Assembly (NCBI GenBank): GCA_004431415.1
Contig: QPMI01000560.1
Location: 372,001 to 436,000 of the forward strand
From: Cyanophora paradoxa CCMP329
Lineage: Eukaryota > Plantae > Glaucophyta
DNA: 64,000 nt
Reading direction: 5' to 3'
Shown here: in pieces, positions 61,001 through 64,000 of the stretch
Layout of the letters: each line of letters opens with the position of its first letter
Position numbering within the stretch: position 1 is the first letter of the stretch
Made by a program: the position numbers and the translations under genes
Notes under the pieces: model-generated
What the model saw: the letters and a program-made list of their open reading frames with translations, nothing else
Databases searched by the model: none
Told to the model about the DNA's origin: nothing

Positions 61001-62629
61001 GGAGGCGGGGCGGGAGGCGGAGAAGGCGGAGCGGGAGCTCGCCGGCTCGGGCGTGGAAGCCGACGCCCTCCGCCGGTGCCCTGCCCGCCCTTCGATTCTT
61101 CTACCCGTCCGGGGCGTTGAGGGGCAGCGGCAGGGTACAAGAGCAGCAGCGCCACATCACTGCGGAGCTGCAGCGGCGGGAGGAGGCGAAGCGGAAAGAG
61201 GAAGCTAAACGACGTGAGAAGGAGGCGGAGGAGCGGCGGCGCCTGGACGAGCAGCGGCGCGAGCAGGAGCGGCAGGCGGAGCTGCAGCGGCAGCAGCAGC
61301 TGTGGCGCGAGGAGCAGGAGCGCAAGGAGGCGCGCCGGCGGGAGCAGGAGCGGCGGCAGGAGGAGCGCCGGCGCGAGGAGGCGCGCGCTCGGGAGAAGCA
61401 CCTGCGAGAAGAGGAGGAGCGGCAGCAGCTGGAAGAGGCGCGGCGGCAAGCGGCAGAGGCTGAGCGGCGACCGGAATTCGAAGAGGAGCAGCTGCGCCAG
61501 GAGGAAGAGGCGGCGCCGCAGGTCGCCCGGAGAGGCGCCGCGGCGTGCCGCTTCTTCGCCGCCGGCTTCTGCCGCGACGGCGCGCGCTGCCGGTGCGGGG
61601 CCGGCACCGCCCCTCCCGCTTTCGCTTCTCTCACGCAGGGCGGCAGGTACCGGCACGAGGCGGGGCGCGCGGGGCCCGCGGCGGCGCCCGCCGAGCCCGA
61701 GCCCGAGGATGGAGCTAGAGGGGTCAGTCTTGAGCAGAGCTCGAGAACGCCACCGGCCCCCCGTACAGGCGCCGCCGCCTGCCGGTTTTTCGCCGCCGGC
61801 TTCTGCCGCGACGGCGCCCTCTGCCGGTGAGCCCCTCCCTCGCCTCGCCTCGCCGCCCATGTCTCAGCCCACGCGCCCCGCAGGTTCCAGCACGGAGCCG
61901 CGGCCCCCGCGGCGGCCCCCGCCGAGCCGGCCTCGAGCTCGAGGCGGCCGGCACAGGCTGCCCCGTGCCGCTTCTTCGCGAGGGGCGCCTGCCGCGACGG
62001 CGCCCGCTGCCGGTAAGAGTCGGGCACAGCTCTGCAGCTCGCTTAAAAAGGTTCTCTCATGCCGGGTCCAGGTACTGGCACGAGGCGGGGCCCGCTGCAC
62101 CCGCGGCCCCCGAGGAATCCGAGCTGGAGTGCGCCATCTGCCTCGGGCCCCTGTCGTCCGGCCCGCCCCCCGCCGCCCTCCCCTGCCGCCGTGCGCCCCG
62201 CCAACCTTGCCTTGCCCTCCCGCTGGTCTGACGCCCCCCGCAGACCGCTTCCACCGGCGCTGCATCGAGGAATGGCGGGCGAGCCCGCTCGCTGACGGCT
62301 GCCCCGAGTGCCGCTGCCCCTTCGACGGCCCGCCGGCTGCAGCCGCCGGCTCCTCCTCGGGCGCCGGGCCGTCGACGCCGGCGCGGGCCGAGCGGGGCGC
62401 GCCGGGCCCCGCCTCGCCGCCGCCGCCGCCGCTGCAGCCGGCCTCGCCCGCGACGTCCGAGGAGGGCCCCAGCGCCAGCGCCCCCGCCTCCCCCCTTCCC
62501 ACCTCCCCCGCGCGCGCCCGTCCTCTCTCCGGATCCGCCCCGCCGGTGCCGTCCGGCGCCCCGCTTCGCTTTCCGTTGCGCCCCACGCGGCCCTACAGGC
62601 CCCCGGGCCTCTTCCCTGATCATGATTGA
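58044..62629 (+). CDS. Multi-exon protein: TPR-like helical region, coiled coil, 3 CCCH zinc fingers and RING-H2 (the 5' part may be a separate gene)
   Basis: CRFFA.G.CRDGA.CR[YF].H three times; CAICL...PCRHRFHRRCIEEW...CPECR; TPR-like LGPAHLRVGSALMNLA and LGPTHPDVGEHL. Confidence 0.7.
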
Positions 62630-62880
62630 TTTATTGCGCTCTTTCTTTCCCTTGACGATCACAAGTTCACAGCACTCACACCTCTACAGCTAGATCTAGG
62701 CTAGTCTAGATATCGATACCTTCGCACCGGATCCCAGGCGCCGGCTAATTGCAATTAATTTGCAAGCTCGTCCGAGCCACGTGCGCATGCACTCAGTCTC
62801 GAAGCTGAAGGCAACCGGCCGCCGGGCCGGGGGCGGGGGGGGGGGGGGGGGTATATCGCCCTCGCTTTCGCCTGAGCAAA

Positions 62881-64000
62881 ATGCCGGCGCTCCTGAGGCT
62901 ACTGCGCCGCTTTCTGCCACGTCGGGAGGTGCGCGCGGTGCGCCCTGCGCGTGCGCACCGCCGCTGACCCCGCCGAACAGCGCGTGGGTCCGGCGGATGA
63001 GCGCCCGGCTTCGGAGCCGGACGCGGGTGGTGGGCGCTTAGTCAGGAGACTCTCGTTCATGTTTCGGCGCCATTCGATCGCAGCGGTGCCCGCGCCGCCG
63101 CAGGAACACCCGACGCCGGCACAACCGGAACCACATCTCGCGCATGTGCTCCGGAGCGACGCGCCCGCGGAGTCCTTCCCGTCGCTGTCGCGCGAATCGT
63201 CGCCCGCGGCTCGCGCAATCGCGTGGGGCGATGCGAGGCGGTCGCCCTCTCCTCGCCCCGCGCTTCTCCTCTCAGCGAGCGGCCGGCGGCGCGTGCGCTC
63301 TGAGCAGTGCATGCGCCTTACGCCGTGCCGCGACGACGACGCGTTGGGGCCCGCTGCGCCGGGCGCCGACGCCGACCCGCTGGACATGCCGGAGGACGAC
63401 CTGCGCTGCCCCATCTCCCAGAAGCTCCTCACCGACGCCGTGCTGACCCCCTGCAAGCACCGCTTCGACTCGAAGAGTGCGCCCGCCCGCTTCTGAGTTC
63501 GCCCCGTCGCCCCGCCGGCCCTCCAGCTCACGCGCCATGCGCGCCAGGCCTGAAGCTCTGGCTGCTGCAGCGGAGCAAGTGCCCGCTGTGCATGGCCCCC
63601 CTCGCGGCCGACGCGCTGCGCGAGGACAGAGCGTTCCGCGAGAAGCTCCGTGCGCGCCCCGCCCCTGCCCCGCTCGCCGCGCCCCGCCTGCCTGCCCCGC
63701 CCCGGCGGGCTCACGCGGGGCGGGCAGAGCGGCGGCTGGAGCTGGACGCGGCGCTGGCGGAGGAGGCGGACGGGGACCTGGCGGCGGCGCTGGCCGAGGC
63801 GTACCGGGAGCAGGAGGAGCGCTCCGGGGCCGGCGAGGCCGCCCTCGGCGCCCTCCACTGGCCCCCGGCTACGACATCTTCGCCGCCGCCGCCGCCCCCG
63901 CCGCGGGCCGCCGCTGGCGGGGCGGGGCGCCCCCGGCTGGAGGGGCCCCCCCAGGGCCGCGACGAGCCGGGCGGGCCCTCGGCGGACCGCCGCGCGCGCG
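62881..64000 (+). CDS. U-box / degenerate RING protein (3' partial)
   Basis: MPEDDLRCPISQKLLTDAVLTPCKHRFDSK..LKLWLLQRSKCPLCMAPL. Confidence 0.7.

Overview
Gene-dense, very GC-rich eukaryotic nuclear DNA with many short introns, about 40-50% of which start with GC rather than GT in the genes I could reconstruct. Epsilon-tubulin (basal bodies), a DHQ synthase with a Phe-containing transit-peptide-like leader and no signal peptide, and the intron style together suggest a flagellated primary-plastid alga, most likely a glaucophyte such as Cyanophora (inference). The left ~7.7 kb is a lower-GC, mobile-element-like block. It holds an intron-containing Ginger2-like DDE integrase (AT-hook, HHCC, rve, Cys-rich CXC-like, SAP) facing a large unknown gene. 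Introns of both genes carry about nine clusters of CAACGC-NN-GCGTTG palindromes with extra half-sites phased at ~11 bp, which I did not see in host introns; this is the most novel-looking signal. The middle holds host genes: F-box x2, GUF1/LepA, a SWIM-finger protein, a UIM protein, TVP38/TMEM64, aroB, TUBE1, FabD/MCAT, ORMDL, ACL4, a VOC protein, DBR1, a CYSTM-like protein and a TPR protein, plus a minisatellite. At 51.7-57.9 kb is an apparently full-length Ngaro-type tyrosine-recombinase retrotransposon with A1-B1-A2-B2 split direct repeats. The window ends with a CCCH x3/RING-H2 gene and a partial U-box/RING gene. Exon boundaries were read by eye. Several single-base frameshifts fall in C/G homopolymers and may be sequencing errors.
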